DNA of 64,000 bases from an uncultured bacterium (GTDB lineage Bacteria > Auribacterota > Erginobacteria > Erginobacterales > Erginobacteraceae). Positions 10,614-20,081 of this stretch are shown in pieces. The stretch's first letter is position 1; each line of letters starts with the position of its first letter. The DNA lies in the NCBI GenBank assembly GCA_963822585.1, contig CAWGIE010000047.1:96001-160000 (forward strand), read 5' to 3'. Position numbers and translations under genes: made by a program. The notes under the pieces are model-generated. The model worked only from the letters and a program-made list of their open reading frames with translations, had not been told where the DNA came from and did no database searches.

Positions 10614-11034
10614 GTCATTGCGAGGAGCGAAGCGACGAAGCAATCTCTATTCACGATAAAAATTATAATCAAATCCAGACAGGACGCCAACGGCGTCCCA
10701 CATTTAAGCCCGGGGTGCAACCCCGGGAATAAAGCCAAGCACAATCCCCTCTCCCCCCAAGGGGGGAGAGGGTTAGGGAGGGGGGTTGAAGATTTTTCGA
10801 GTAAGGTATAATTAACGAAATTCGCAGTTCATAAATGGGGCCGAGGGAGGGGGAGGTAATCAATATAATCCGTGTAATCTGCGAAATCCGTGGACATAAA
10901 AGGGGCCGAGGTGGGGGAAGCCATTGGTGTAAATTCGTGTAATTCGTGGTTTCTAAACGGGGGTGAGGCGGGGGAGCAAGTCCTATTCAATCACATCCAA
11001 TTCGTCTGTTAAATTAAAGGGTCCGAAGTAGGGT
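10614..11034. repeat. Intergenic cluster of several REP-like elements plus four G-rich direct repeats
   Basis: GTCATTGCGAGGAGCGAAGCGACGAAGCAATCTC, CCCGGGG..CCCCGGG, CCCTCTCCCCC..GGGGGAGAGGG, then four AAA(N)GGGGCCGAGGNGGGGGA-like units. Confidence 0.7.
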
Positions 11035-14000
11035 ATGAAAGCCCGCGCCACAACCTCATTCATGAGCATCCGGACCGAGGGATCCATCCTCCCCGCCGAC
11101 CTCCTCCAGCGGATCGCGGAGGGCACGGGACTGGAAGGGCTGACCCCGCAGGATTATCACCTCCCGGAAGGGGAGAAACTGAACGAGGCGATCAATCGCT
11201 CCTGGTTACGGGTCCTTTCATACTGGCGGACCTTCCGCTCCCATCTCGGAAAACTCCCTCCCGAGGATCAGACCGCCACCAGCCTTACCCGGGAACGCTG
11301 GCTTCTTCCGCTCTTCCAGGAATTGGGATATGGGCGTCTTCCGGCTCAGCGTCGGTCGTTCGAAATGGACGGCGAAGAATTCCCGATCTCACATCTCTGG
11401 GGATCCACGCCGATTCACCTGGTCGGCGCCCGTCTTGAGATCGACCGGGTGGCCCGGGGCATCCCGGGAGCGGCCAGGGCCGCCCCTCACAGCATGGTCC
11501 AGGATTTTCTCAACCGTTCCGACGAACATCTCTGGGCCTTCGTCTCCAACGGCTTGAGACTCCGCATCCTCCGGGACAATCTGAGCCTGGTCCGGCAGGC
11601 GTATGTTGAATTCGATCTCGAAGCGATGATGGAGGGAGAGTTTTACCCGGACTTCGCCATTCTCTGGCTTCTCTGCCATCAGTCCCGGGTTGAGGCCGAA
11701 CGTCCCGAGGAGTGCTGGTTGGAGCAATGGTCGCGAAAGGCATCCGAGGAAGGGGTCCGCGCCCTGGAACAACTCCGGTCCGGCGTGGAAGAGGCGATCG
11801 CCGCTCTGGGCCGGGGATTTCTGGCCGGGAGAGGAAATACCCGGCTTTTGGAACGTCTGCGGGACGGATCGCTCGATAAGCAGGATTACTATCGCCAGCT
11901 CTTACGATTGGTTTATCGTCTGGTCTTTCTCTTTGTTGCCGAGGACCGCGATCTCCTTTTTGCCCCTGACGCCGATCCCGCGGCACGGAAGCGATATGCG
12001 GATTATTTTAGTACCCGGCGACTTCGTGAGATCGCCCGGAAAGTTCGGGGCGGCTCGCACCCGGACCTCTGGGATGGTCTCAAGCTCCTGATGCGGGGCC
12101 TGGGAAGCGACGAGGGGTTGTCGGAACTGGGCCTCCCGGCCCTCGGGAGTTACCTCTGGAGCGACGATGCCTGCCCTGATTTGATGGATGCCGTACTCCC
12201 CAATCGGGAGCTGCTGGAAGCGATTCGGGCGCTCTCCGTCATCACTGTCGGAGGCAAGCGCCGGGTCGTCAGCTATAAGAACCTCCGTTCCGAGGAATTG
12301 GGATCGATCTATGAAGCTCTTCTTGAATTGCACCCTGTGCTCAATCCACAAGCCGCTGCTTTTAGTTTAGAAGTGATCGCCGGTCACGAGCGGAAACTAA
12401 CCGGATCTTATTATACCCCCGAGTCGCTGGTTCAGAGTCTTATCGAGACCGCCCTGGAGCCGGTGATTGAGGAACGGCTGAAAAGCGCCCGAGAAAAAGC
12501 CGAAAAGGAGAAGAGCGGAGCAGAAGAAGATGGATCATATGCCCGTATAGCCGAGGAGGAACTCCTCTCGATCAAAGTCTGCGACCCGGCCTGCGGTTCC
12601 GGCCATTTCCTAGTAGCCGCCGCCCACCGCCTGGCCCGCCATCTGGCCCGTGTCCGTTCCGGGAGCGTCGAGCCCCCGCCGGACGTAGTCCAGCGCGCGC
12701 TCCGGGATGTGATCGGGCATTGTGTCTATGGAGTGGACATCAACCCGATGTCGGTCGAGCTCTGTAAGTTCGCTCTCTGGATGGAGGCAATGGAGCCGGG
12801 GAAGCCGCTTTCTTTCCTTGACCACCATATCCGCGTCGGCAACAGTCTTCTCGGCGCAACGCCCGATCTCATCGCCGCCGGTCTCCCGGATGAAACCTAT
12901 ACGCCAGTTGAAGGCGATGACCGTGAAGCCTGCGCCGCCCTCAAGCGAATCAACCGCGTCCAGCGTGATGCTTTGCGTCACCTATTCGTAGCCGAAGACA
13001 ACGCGATTCGGGAACGACTGCGCCAAGCTTCGGCGGCGCTTGATGAGATGGATGATAGCAAACCCGAGACAATAAGAGTGAAGGAAGCCGCTTTCCGTTC
13101 TGCTGAATCCAACTACGATTTTCTCAAGGCCCGGACATTGGCCAATCTCTGGTGCGCCGCCTTTGTGATTAGAAAGCGATTCGCGGAAAACGCTCGTATC
13201 ACATCAGCCATCGCCTCTCCTGCCGTTGAAGCGGTTTCGGCCTCCACGCCTCTCCAATTAGGTTTATTCGGCGGTACCGAGGTAGCTCCGAAGATCAAGA
13301 CAAAACGTGATCGTCCTCTTCGACACTCGCCGATCGATAAGCCTATCGGCATCACTACGCAACATCTTCGCGATTTCATCGAAGGCGGCGTATTACCTGA
13401 GGGTCTTCTGGATGAGGTCCAACGCCTCACAGTCCACTACCGTTTTTTTCATTGGCACCTCGCCTTCCCTGAGGTTTTTCAACCATTGGAAACCATTGCC
13501 CTTGATAATTCTATCGGTCGGATAAATGGGTTTGATTGCATACTGGGAAATCCACCCTGGGTATCATACACGGGCCGTCAGCAGGTTAAGGTGTCCCAAG
13601 GCACACTTCGCTTACTTATCGCGAGATTTCCGTGCGTCGCTCGTTGGCCTGCCTCGCATCCTGCCTTTCTTGTATTGTCAGTACAGACATTGGCTAAGCA
13701 TGGTCGTGCTGGTCTTGTGCTCCCAAAACAAGTCGCTGACTTATCCGCCTATAGTCAGGCCCGTGCTGAAGTTACCAGCATTGCCAAACTCACTGCACCG
13801 ATAGTCGATATCGGCGAGGATACTTTCCCCGGGGTCACCCAGCCCGTAGGGTTGTTTTCGATCGTCACTGACAACAATCTTAATCGACGATCTGACGCGG
13901 CTTGGCCGCTCGCCAAAGCTTCTTCCAATAAGAATACGGAGGATTCGACCATTGATGTAATCTATTCGGCTCATACAGGGTTGCCGAACCTTACAGCGTT

Positions 14001-14685
14001 GTTCACTGATAGGCCTCGTTTCGCCCCAAAGACGTTCGCTGATCCCGGTGTTCATACCGGTAATGTCTCTAGAAAGATCATTGTTGATCAAGCAGAGCCA
14101 GATGGTATGGGATATATACCCATCCGACAGGGGCGAGATATCGCTGCCTTCATATGCAGTCCTCCCAAGAAGTGGTTATGGACCATGCCATCGCTTGTAG
14201 GTAATGAATACTGTAGAATTCGCAAGCTGGAGTTGTATCGCAATGTCCCCATCCTCATTCGTCAGACAGCTAACCGCCCAATTGCTGCACGCCATCGAGA
14301 GCCTACCTATTTCCGCAATAGTATTCTGGCGTGTATGGGCGTACCCGGTATATCAGATAACATTGTTGTCGCATTCCTTAATTCTGCCTTATATGCTATC
14401 TTGCACCGCAAGTATGCACAAGATGCCAACCAGAAGGCATTCCCGCAGGTTAAAATCCGCCATCTGCGTGCCCTTCCTACAATCCCTATTGAAGCTCTAA
14501 ATCGACCATATGAAGGTCATACGTTATATGAAGCACTCGAAGCCTCTGCCCACAAAGCTGAAGTAGCTGCGCAACTTGGTGTGCCTTTGCCATTAGAAGT
14601 ACTCGAGCAGATCGAGAGGTTGGTGCTTACCACCTTTGATCTTTCCGCTGATTTAGCTCCTAAATTATTGGAGGTTGCTAAATGA
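11035..14685 (+). CDS. Large gamma-class N6-adenine DNA methyltransferase (Eco57I/DrmMI-like) with TaqI-like C-terminal recognition domain
   Basis: LGSIYE.LL, GSYYTP, DPACGSGHFL (motif I), GNPPW (motif IV), C-terminal ILIRQT..FLNS..FPQVK. Confidence 0.92.
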   Translation: MKARATTSFMSIRTEGSILPADLLQRIAEGTGLEGLTPQDYHLPEGEKLNEAINRSWLRVLSYWRTFRSHLGKLPPEDQTATSLTRERWLLPLFQELGYGRLPAQRRSFEMDGEEFPISHLWGSTPIHLVGARLEIDRVARGIPGAARAAPHSMVQDFLNRSDEHLWAFVSNGLRLRILRDNLSLVRQAYVEFDLEAMMEGEFYPDFAILWLLCHQSRVEAERPEECWLEQWSRKASEEGVRALEQLRSGVEEAIAALGRGFLAGRGNTRLLERLRDGSLDKQDYYRQLLRLVYRLVFLFVAEDRDLLFAPDADPAARKRYADYFSTRRLREIARKVRGGSHPDLWDGLKLLMRGLGSDEGLSELGLPALGSYLWSDDACPDLMDAVLPNRELLEAIRALSVITVGGKRRVVSYKNLRSEELGSIYEALLELHPVLNPQAAAFSLEVIAGHERKLTGSYYTPESLVQSLIETALEPVIEERLKSAREKAEKEKSGAEEDGSYARIAEEELLSIKVCDPACGSGHFLVAAAHRLARHLARVRSGSVEPPPDVVQRALRDVIGHCVYGVDINPMSVELCKFALWMEAMEPGKPLSFLDHHIRVGNSLLGATPDLIAAGLPDETYTPVEGDDREACAALKRINRVQRDALRHLFVAEDNAIRERLRQASAALDEMDDSKPETIRVKEAAFRSAESNYDFLKARTLANLWCAAFVIRKRFAENARITSAIASPAVEAVSASTPLQLGLFGGTEVAPKIKTKRDRPLRHSPIDKPIGITTQHLRDFIEGGVLPEGLLDEVQRLTVHYRFFHWHLAFPEVFQPLETIALDNSIGRINGFDCILGNPPWVSYTGRQQVKVSQGTLRLLIARFPCVARWPASHPAFLVLSVQTLAKHGRAGLVLPKQVADLSAYSQARAEVTSIAKLTAPIVDIGEDTFPGVTQPVGLFSIVTDNNLNRRSDAAWPLAKASSNKNTEDSTIDVIYSAHTGLPNLTALFTDRPRFAPKTFADPGVHTGNVSRKIIVDQAEPDGMGYIPIRQGRDIAAFICSPPKKWLWTMPSLVGNEYCRIRKLELYRNVPILIRQTANRPIAARHREPTYFRNSILACMGVPGISDNIVVAFLNSALYAILHRKYAQDANQKAFPQVKIRHLRALPTIPIEALNRPYEGHTLYEALEASAHKAEVAAQLGVPLPLEVLEQIERLVLTTFDLSADLAPKLLEVAK

Positions 14686-15425
14686 TTCCTTGCAAACTAG
14701 TCCATGATACCGGCACTATGATCCGTTTTCGCCCGAGGCAACTTGCTGTTCTGCCGCCTGTCACCACTGACATCAATCTTCTTCTGCCTAAAGGACGGAT
14801 GGTTGCCGGTCGATTTTTGCGAAATCCTAGAAATCCCAATATTAGCGGCACGGAGCTTGTACGATTTATTAAAAGACGCATTAAATTTGGGGAGCGTGAA
14901 GACGTATTGATTGAACCACTCTCGCCTAATTATTGGGTATTACATCTAGTCAAGGATGCCTATGCTATTGCAACCGAAGCTCGTGTTATAACCCGCGTGA
15001 AGAGTGGGTCACTTCGGCTAACTGATCTTGCATCTCTTCTTGCTCTTGCCGATCGTGAAAGCAACTACGGTCGCAGGGTTAGAACATATAAGCGTATCTT
15101 GCGCCCTTCCGGTCTCCGCCGTCTTGTCATCGGCCTCGTTGGAGCGCGATGCATGGTTGAAGATTGCCAAGCATGCCAGGGATTCCATGATTACTGGGGT
15201 GCACCAAGTGATGAGGTCATAGTTGACATTCATCATATAGAAATGATGGCACGCATAATTGACCACCATCCCAGAAATCTCTGTGTATTATGTGCAAATC
15301 ATCACCGTTTAGTTCATGGGATCGGACCTTGGGTCATTCATCATGATAATTCCGACATAATTATGCGAAGAGATAGTCACGAAATGATAATCCGTCGCCC
15401 AACCACTTTCTTCTTGGTTACATAA
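14682..15425 (+). CDS. HNH endonuclease domain protein
   Basis: C..C, DIHHI, NLCVLCANHHRLVH; ATGA overlap with the MTase stop. Confidence 0.8.
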   Translation: MIPCKLVHDTGTMIRFRPRQLAVLPPVTTDINLLLPKGRMVAGRFLRNPRNPNISGTELVRFIKRRIKFGEREDVLIEPLSPNYWVLHLVKDAYAIATEARVITRVKSGSLRLTDLASLLALADRESNYGRRVRTYKRILRPSGLRRLVIGLVGARCMVEDCQACQGFHDYWGAPSDEVIVDIHHIEMMARIIDHHPRNLCVLCANHHRLVHGIGPWVIHHDNSDIIMRRDSHEMIIRRPTTFFLVT

Positions 15426-15540
15426 ATAACCAGTTCCTCGAAGACACAGTTTCAAATCTTGATTGGTAATAGATGGGGATTATATGACGGCGAAAAGCTA
15501 TTGGAATGCATTATTGAAACTATAGATAAGATGAAGCGAT

Positions 15541-15891
15541 ATGAAGACTGAATTGGGGGATATAATAGAGCGAATTAAAAGTTTCAGGGATGAACGGGAC
15601 TGGATGCAGTTTCATAATCACAAAGATATGGCTATCTCGGTTGTAATCGAAGCTGCTGAACTCCTAGAACATTTTCAATGGCAAACTAAAGAAGAAATTG
15701 AAGAGCACGTTAAACAGAATAAGCAAAAGATCGGAGAAGAGATCGCTGATATCGCGATTTACTTGATAGAGCTCGCGGATAATATGGGTATCGATCTAGT
15801 AGAAGCAATGCATAAAAAGTTAGATAAGAACGCTCTCAAATATCCGGCTGAGAAGGCTAAAGGGCGGCATGATAAATACAATAAATTGTGA
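15541..15891 (+). CDS. MazG-like nucleotide pyrophosphohydrolase
   Basis: FRDERDW.QFH, IEAAELLEHFQW, EEIADIAIY, KN..KYP. Confidence 0.92.
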   Translation: MKTELGDIIERIKSFRDERDWMQFHNHKDMAISVVIEAAELLEHFQWQTKEEIEEHVKQNKQKIGEEIADIAIYLIELADNMGIDLVEAMHKKLDKNALKYPAEKAKGRHDKYNKL

Positions 15892-15965
15892 CTATTGGGC
15901 GTGATAAGGTTGATTATAAGTTAATCATTGATAGTCATATGGTCTAATCAAGCTAGAGGTAAAAT

Positions 15966-16829
15966 ATGACAAGTGAAAACAATATAAATAAAGATATTCA
16001 GTACTGGAATTTGCCTGGAAATCTGGAAAATTGGAATATAGGAATTGAGAGAAAAGTCTGGGGGATGAAGTCTAAATTTTTTCAAACGTGGAATAGAATA
16101 TCTGTTGGAGATATTCTATTTTTCTATGTTAGCGCTCCCATAAAAGGAATAATTGGTTATGGTCATGTAACCACCAAGTTTATAGGTGAGTCACCATTGT
16201 GGCCTGATGAGATTGAAAAATCAGAGGTTATATATCCATACCTTTTTGAATTTGAAATTGACAAGTTGTTGGAATCTGTCCAATGGCGAAAAAGGTGCGT
16301 TTCTGTACATGACTTGAACATTGTTATCCAGAGTATTGGGAGGATACCACAGGAAAAAGCAAAAAAAATATTTCAAAGATTTGGAGCTGAATTTCAAGCA
16401 GTACCAAAAATAAAAGAAGAAAAATCCCCATACGAAAAGCTGTCTAAACATGATCAGGCAAAGAAGCTGCTGCTAGAAATAGGCAGAATGCAGGGCTATA
16501 TATCTGAGGAGGAATATCGTTTAGATGGGGAAAGACTGGATACGGTATGGAAAAAAGTTGAAAAATCAGTCCCGAAATATGCCTTCGAAGTTCAAATAGG
16601 AGGAGATATTTATCACGCTCTGGGTAAATTGAAGCATGCCTCTGATATCTGGAATAGTCAAATATATCTTGTGATTGATCAAGAAAGTATTCCAAAAGTA
16701 ACGGAATTATTAAGTGGTACTTTCCATGAGATAGCCGGGATGCTCAAGGTCCTCCAATTAGAAAGAATAGCGGAGTTGGGAAAATCCCTCTCCCATGTTC
16801 ATAAGCTAATTGAGGAATTCGGGTTATAA
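15966..16829 (+). CDS. EVE domain fused to a PD-(D/E)XK-like nuclease
   Basis: N-term NW..WG..GDILFFYV..IIG.G..LWPDE..YPY; C-term H..EY..LD.VW..AFEVQ..L.KL. Confidence 0.8.
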   Translation: MTSENNINKDIQYWNLPGNLENWNIGIERKVWGMKSKFFQTWNRISVGDILFFYVSAPIKGIIGYGHVTTKFIGESPLWPDEIEKSEVIYPYLFEFEIDKLLESVQWRKRCVSVHDLNIVIQSIGRIPQEKAKKIFQRFGAEFQAVPKIKEEKSPYEKLSKHDQAKKLLLEIGRMQGYISEEEYRLDGERLDTVWKKVEKSVPKYAFEVQIGGDIYHALGKLKHASDIWNSQIYLVIDQESIPKVTELLSGTFHEIAGMLKVLQLERIAELGKSLSHVHKLIEEFGL

Positions 16830-16894
16830 GAAACCGAAAACTTGTTTCATATTTCAAGCAAGTGTCATAGATACTCTCAAGTTGAAGAATAGTA

Positions 16895-17575
16895 ATGGTC
16901 AAACGATTTATAAAAAGAAGATGGTGGAAGAAAATACCTCCTGGCAAGTTATTTCAACATGCTAAAGGGGATATAGTTTGCAGCGATGCGCTTATATTCT
17001 TGAATGCACTTAAAGATAGTTGTGCAGATATAGTCTTTCTAGATCCTCCATTCAACTTAGGGAAGAAATATGGCAAGAATGGTAGCCGCCATGATCTCAA
17101 AAAAGAATCCGAGTACTTGAAATATATGGAAAAAATCATCTCTCGTAGTGCCGATATATTAAAACCTGGGGGGGCTTTATATCTTTATCATATCCCCAAA
17201 TGGGCAATTAGGCTGAGCCCTTTTCTAGAAGAAGATCTTAACTTTCGTCACTGGATTGCCATATCAATGAAAAATAGTTTCGCTAGGGGAAACCGACTTT
17301 ATCCGGCGCACTATGCGTTATTGTATTATACAAAAGGAAAACCAGCATCATTTACGCGGCCCAAAATTCCTAAACCAATTTGTGCAAAATGCAAGAGAGA
17401 CCTGCGTGATTATGGTGGCTATAAGAAATATGTTGCTAATGGCATCAATCTAAGTGATGTCTGGGACGATACTAGTCCCGTGCGTCATAAGAAATCTAAA
17501 ACACGCGTTGCCAATGAGAACTTGGGGTCGGACCACAACAACTTGTTGATTGATAGGGGATTAGCTCGAAAATAG
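16895..17575 (+). pseudogene. Beta-class N4/N6 DNA methyltransferase truncated at about 17523
   Basis: DIVFLDPPFN and SDVWDD present; the downstream FxGxG SAM-binding motif is missing, and the frame runs into a repeat element. Confidence 0.82.
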
Positions 17576-17700
17576 CCCCAAAAATCGGCCTTAGAGGCGT
17601 TTTCTGGCCCCAAAAAACGCTTCTAAGGCACTTTTTCTTCTCGGTTCGATCATTTCCTCCCTTTGTTAAATTAAACGCCTCCATTTCGACCGCCGGGAAC
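17524..17700 (+). mobile_element. About 170 bp non-coding dispersed element (GGGTCGGACC ... CATTTCGACCGCCGG); copies at 33701-33870, 35228-35402 (divergent) and 37795-37965
   Basis: Shared GGGTCGGACCAC..GTTGATTGATAG..CTCGAAAATAGCCCC.AAAAT.GG.CTTAG.GGCGTTTT; this copy interrupts the MTase. Confidence 0.75.
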
Positions 17701-17760
17701 AGGAATATGCTGTCCCCTTCATCTTTCTTCAAGCTAACGAAAAAAGAAGCCAAAGAACTG

Positions 17761-17886
17761 TGCATATTCTGGGGCAAAGTAGCCACCCATTCCGCTCCAA
17801 GGTAGCCACCCATTCCGGTTTATGGTAGCCGCCTATTCCGCTCCAAGGTAGCCACCCATTCCGGAGCAAGGTAGCCATCAATTCCG
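17761..17886 (+). mobile_element. IS21-family-like terminal remnant with five 22-bp internal repeats
   Basis: TGCATATTC start then (GTAGCCACCCATTCCG+6 nt) x5; single-unit relatives at about 19978, 35482 and 38053; no istAB. Confidence 0.65.
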
Positions 17887-17906
17887 ACTTTAAAGGAAAC
17901 AGACGC

Positions 17907-17969
17907 TTGACATGTTCACGAATTATGCTATGTTCACCAATGGGTGAACGGAACTAATATCATGAACAT
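17907..17969 (+). promoter_or_regulatory. Sigma70-like promoter overlapped by an inverted-repeat operator
   Basis: TTGACA-16 nt-TATGTT with extended TG; ATGTTCACGA..GTTCACC / GGTGAAC..TCATGAACAT inverted repeat. Confidence 0.6.
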
Positions 17970-19041
17970 GGAGAAACAAACAGTACAGTCGTTGGAGCGT
18001 CTGGGGGACTTCCTCCGGAAAGTGCCGACAGTGTCGGCATTTGAGATCGAACCAGAACCACGTACCGGCGACTGGCAAGTTGACGGCGTTGCTCAGGTGA
18101 AGATGCGGGGCGTTCCGGGCCGCCAGCAGTGGCTTATCGAAGTCAAAAGACGGCCGTTAGAACCACGGGAGGCCGAGTTACTGACCCTCCATCTGGCTAA
18201 GATTTGTGCAGAGAAGTGCGCCGATTATGCCATCGTAGTAGCGCCTTATATATCTCCTACATCGGCCCAGCTGTTGGCGAAGCAAGCAGTTGGGTTCTGG
18301 GATCTATCCGGAAACTGCCGGATTGCAAAAGGACCGCTCTACATTGAACGCTCCGGTTTCGCCAACCCCTTCGTCCGTAAATCCACCCAACGTTCCTTGT
18401 ACACGCCGGCCGCAGAACGAATATTGCGAGCGTTGCTCGATTCAAAGCATCAGGGACGCATATGGAGTGTCCGTGAACTCGCCGCGGCAGCTTATCCCGG
18501 AGTTAGCGTCGGGCAGGCACAGAAAATATTAAAATTACTCGAAAACTGGAAACACATCCAGCGGGAATCGGGAGCTCGCTTATTGAATGCTGAAGCCTTG
18601 CTGAAGGAATGGGCTGTGCATTACCGTTTTAATCGCACTCGCGCCACTGGTTATTACAGCATGCTGAACCCGAAGCAACTAACGGAACGTTTCAGTGAGT
18701 TAGTGCGCAACTCACCTGGTTGCCCTGGAATGCTGGCGTCATTTTCTGCCGCGGCGATATGGGCGCCTTATGTCCGCCAGTATCGGATGTTTATTTACTG
18801 GAAAGATGATCTCATGCCACTGCTCAAAGCTCTTGAATTGAAGAATGTCTCAACCGGCGAAAACGTCATCATATATGAGCCTTATGATCCAGGCGTATTT
18901 TATCCTGGTTCATCAGAAAAATTACCACCCGTCACCTGTCCAGTGCAGACTTATTTAGATTTATGCGCTGCCGCCGGCCGCGGCGAGGAGGCAGCAGAGG
19001 CCCTGTTTATGAGAAAGCTAAAAGAAGGTTACAATCAATGA
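17944..19041 (+). CDS. AbiEi-like (type IV TA) antitoxin/regulator; start may be ATG 17962 or 17968
   Basis: VAPYISP, FWDLSGNC, wHTH SVRELA, C-terminal PVQTYLDL..GRGEEAAE. Confidence 0.8.
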   Translation: MNGTNIMNMEKQTVQSLERLGDFLRKVPTVSAFEIEPEPRTGDWQVDGVAQVKMRGVPGRQQWLIEVKRRPLEPREAELLTLHLAKICAEKCADYAIVVAPYISPTSAQLLAKQAVGFWDLSGNCRIAKGPLYIERSGFANPFVRKSTQRSLYTPAAERILRALLDSKHQGRIWSVRELAAAAYPGVSVGQAQKILKLLENWKHIQRESGARLLNAEALLKEWAVHYRFNRTRATGYYSMLNPKQLTERFSELVRNSPGCPGMLASFSAAAIWAPYVRQYRMFIYWKDDLMPLLKALELKNVSTGENVIIYEPYDPGVFYPGSSEKLPPVTCPVQTYLDLCAAAGRGEEAAEALFMRKLKEGYNQ

Positions 19042-19889
19042 ACGATCGGGAACATAGGTGCGCGGAAGACTACACGCCGAGAGAGGTCGAGGCGGCCCGC
19101 CGGGTCATTACTGAGTTGGCCCAGGTACTCGGTGATTTCCGAGAAGCCATGGTTCTGGTTGGCGGCTGGGTACCGGAGTTGCGTCTGTCCGAGGCGCGTG
19201 AACCGCATACAGGGAGCATTGATGTTGATTGGATTCTCAATCCCTCCAAACTTCGCGATCAGAAGTACGCTTACCTGCTCGAAACAATGGAACGTCATGG
19301 ATATCGAGCCGGTGAAAAGTCGTTTCAGCTCTATAAAGAAATTAAGGTGGATAGTGGGGACCCAATCCGGGTAGACGTGGAGTTTCTGGTCCCGTCCGTC
19401 GCCAAATTCGGCAGCCGATTGAATATCCGGAAAAACTTCCGCGCTCTCGATGCCGATGCCGGTGAATTCGCATTATTGAATAGTGAGCTAATGACGATGG
19501 AAGGGAGGATGCCGGACGGCAGGGAGAATAGGATTGAGATTTTGGTCACAAGCATTGAATCATTTCTTGTGATGAAGTCATTCGCTCTGACCAATCGCGA
19601 CAAACCGAAGGATGCATATGATATCTACTTCTGCCTGCTGAATTTCCCCGGTGGAGTATCTGGGCTGGCTGAAAGGATCCGTCCTCATATGGACACAAGA
19701 GAAGTTAAAGAAGGATTGCAACGACTTGAAAGCAAATTCCGTAGTCCTGACGATTACGGTGCTCAATCTGTGGTAACTTTTTTAAATCGTCCCGATCAGG
19801 ATGAAGGAGCATATATTGCGCGCGACGTATATGAACATGTTGATCTTCTCTTGCGAATATTGGGTATTAGATATAGGGACAAGAAATAA
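19038..19889 (+). CDS. Nucleotidyltransferase, AbiEii-like toxin partner
   Basis: LVGGWVP, GSIDVD, MK..A..R.KPKDAYDI; ATGA overlap with the upstream gene. Confidence 0.8.
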   Translation: MNDREHRCAEDYTPREVEAARRVITELAQVLGDFREAMVLVGGWVPELRLSEAREPHTGSIDVDWILNPSKLRDQKYAYLLETMERHGYRAGEKSFQLYKEIKVDSGDPIRVDVEFLVPSVAKFGSRLNIRKNFRALDADAGEFALLNSELMTMEGRMPDGRENRIEILVTSIESFLVMKSFALTNRDKPKDAYDIYFCLLNFPGGVSGLAERIRPHMDTREVKEGLQRLESKFRSPDDYGAQSVVTFLNRPDQDEGAYIARDVYEHVDLLLRILGIRYRDKK

Positions 19890-20081
19890 GGAACTGAGGG
19901 AAATGAATTCTGGGGTAGGATAAAAAAGGATCAGGGACACATCCCATAATAAGTGGAAAGAGAATATCCTTGGTAATTGCGGATTTCGGAGCAAAGTAAT
20001 CACCCATTCCTGGACAAAGAAGTATCATTAGCCATCCAGAAAATTACAAAATCATCAATTCGAAAGTAAGACTCCAGGACC

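Noticed and set aside
2607..14685. Assigning drm or dru gene symbols
   Set aside because: No separate DrmB or PLD DrmC and no Druantia partners, so orthology cannot be shown by eye
17761..17886. 22-bp repeats as CRISPR or plasmid iterons
   Set aside because: No spacers and no rep gene; the TG start and periodicity fit IS21-type ends
18963..19037. Longer N-terminus for the nucleotidyltransferase
   Set aside because: The ATGA-coupled start at 19038 is more plausible
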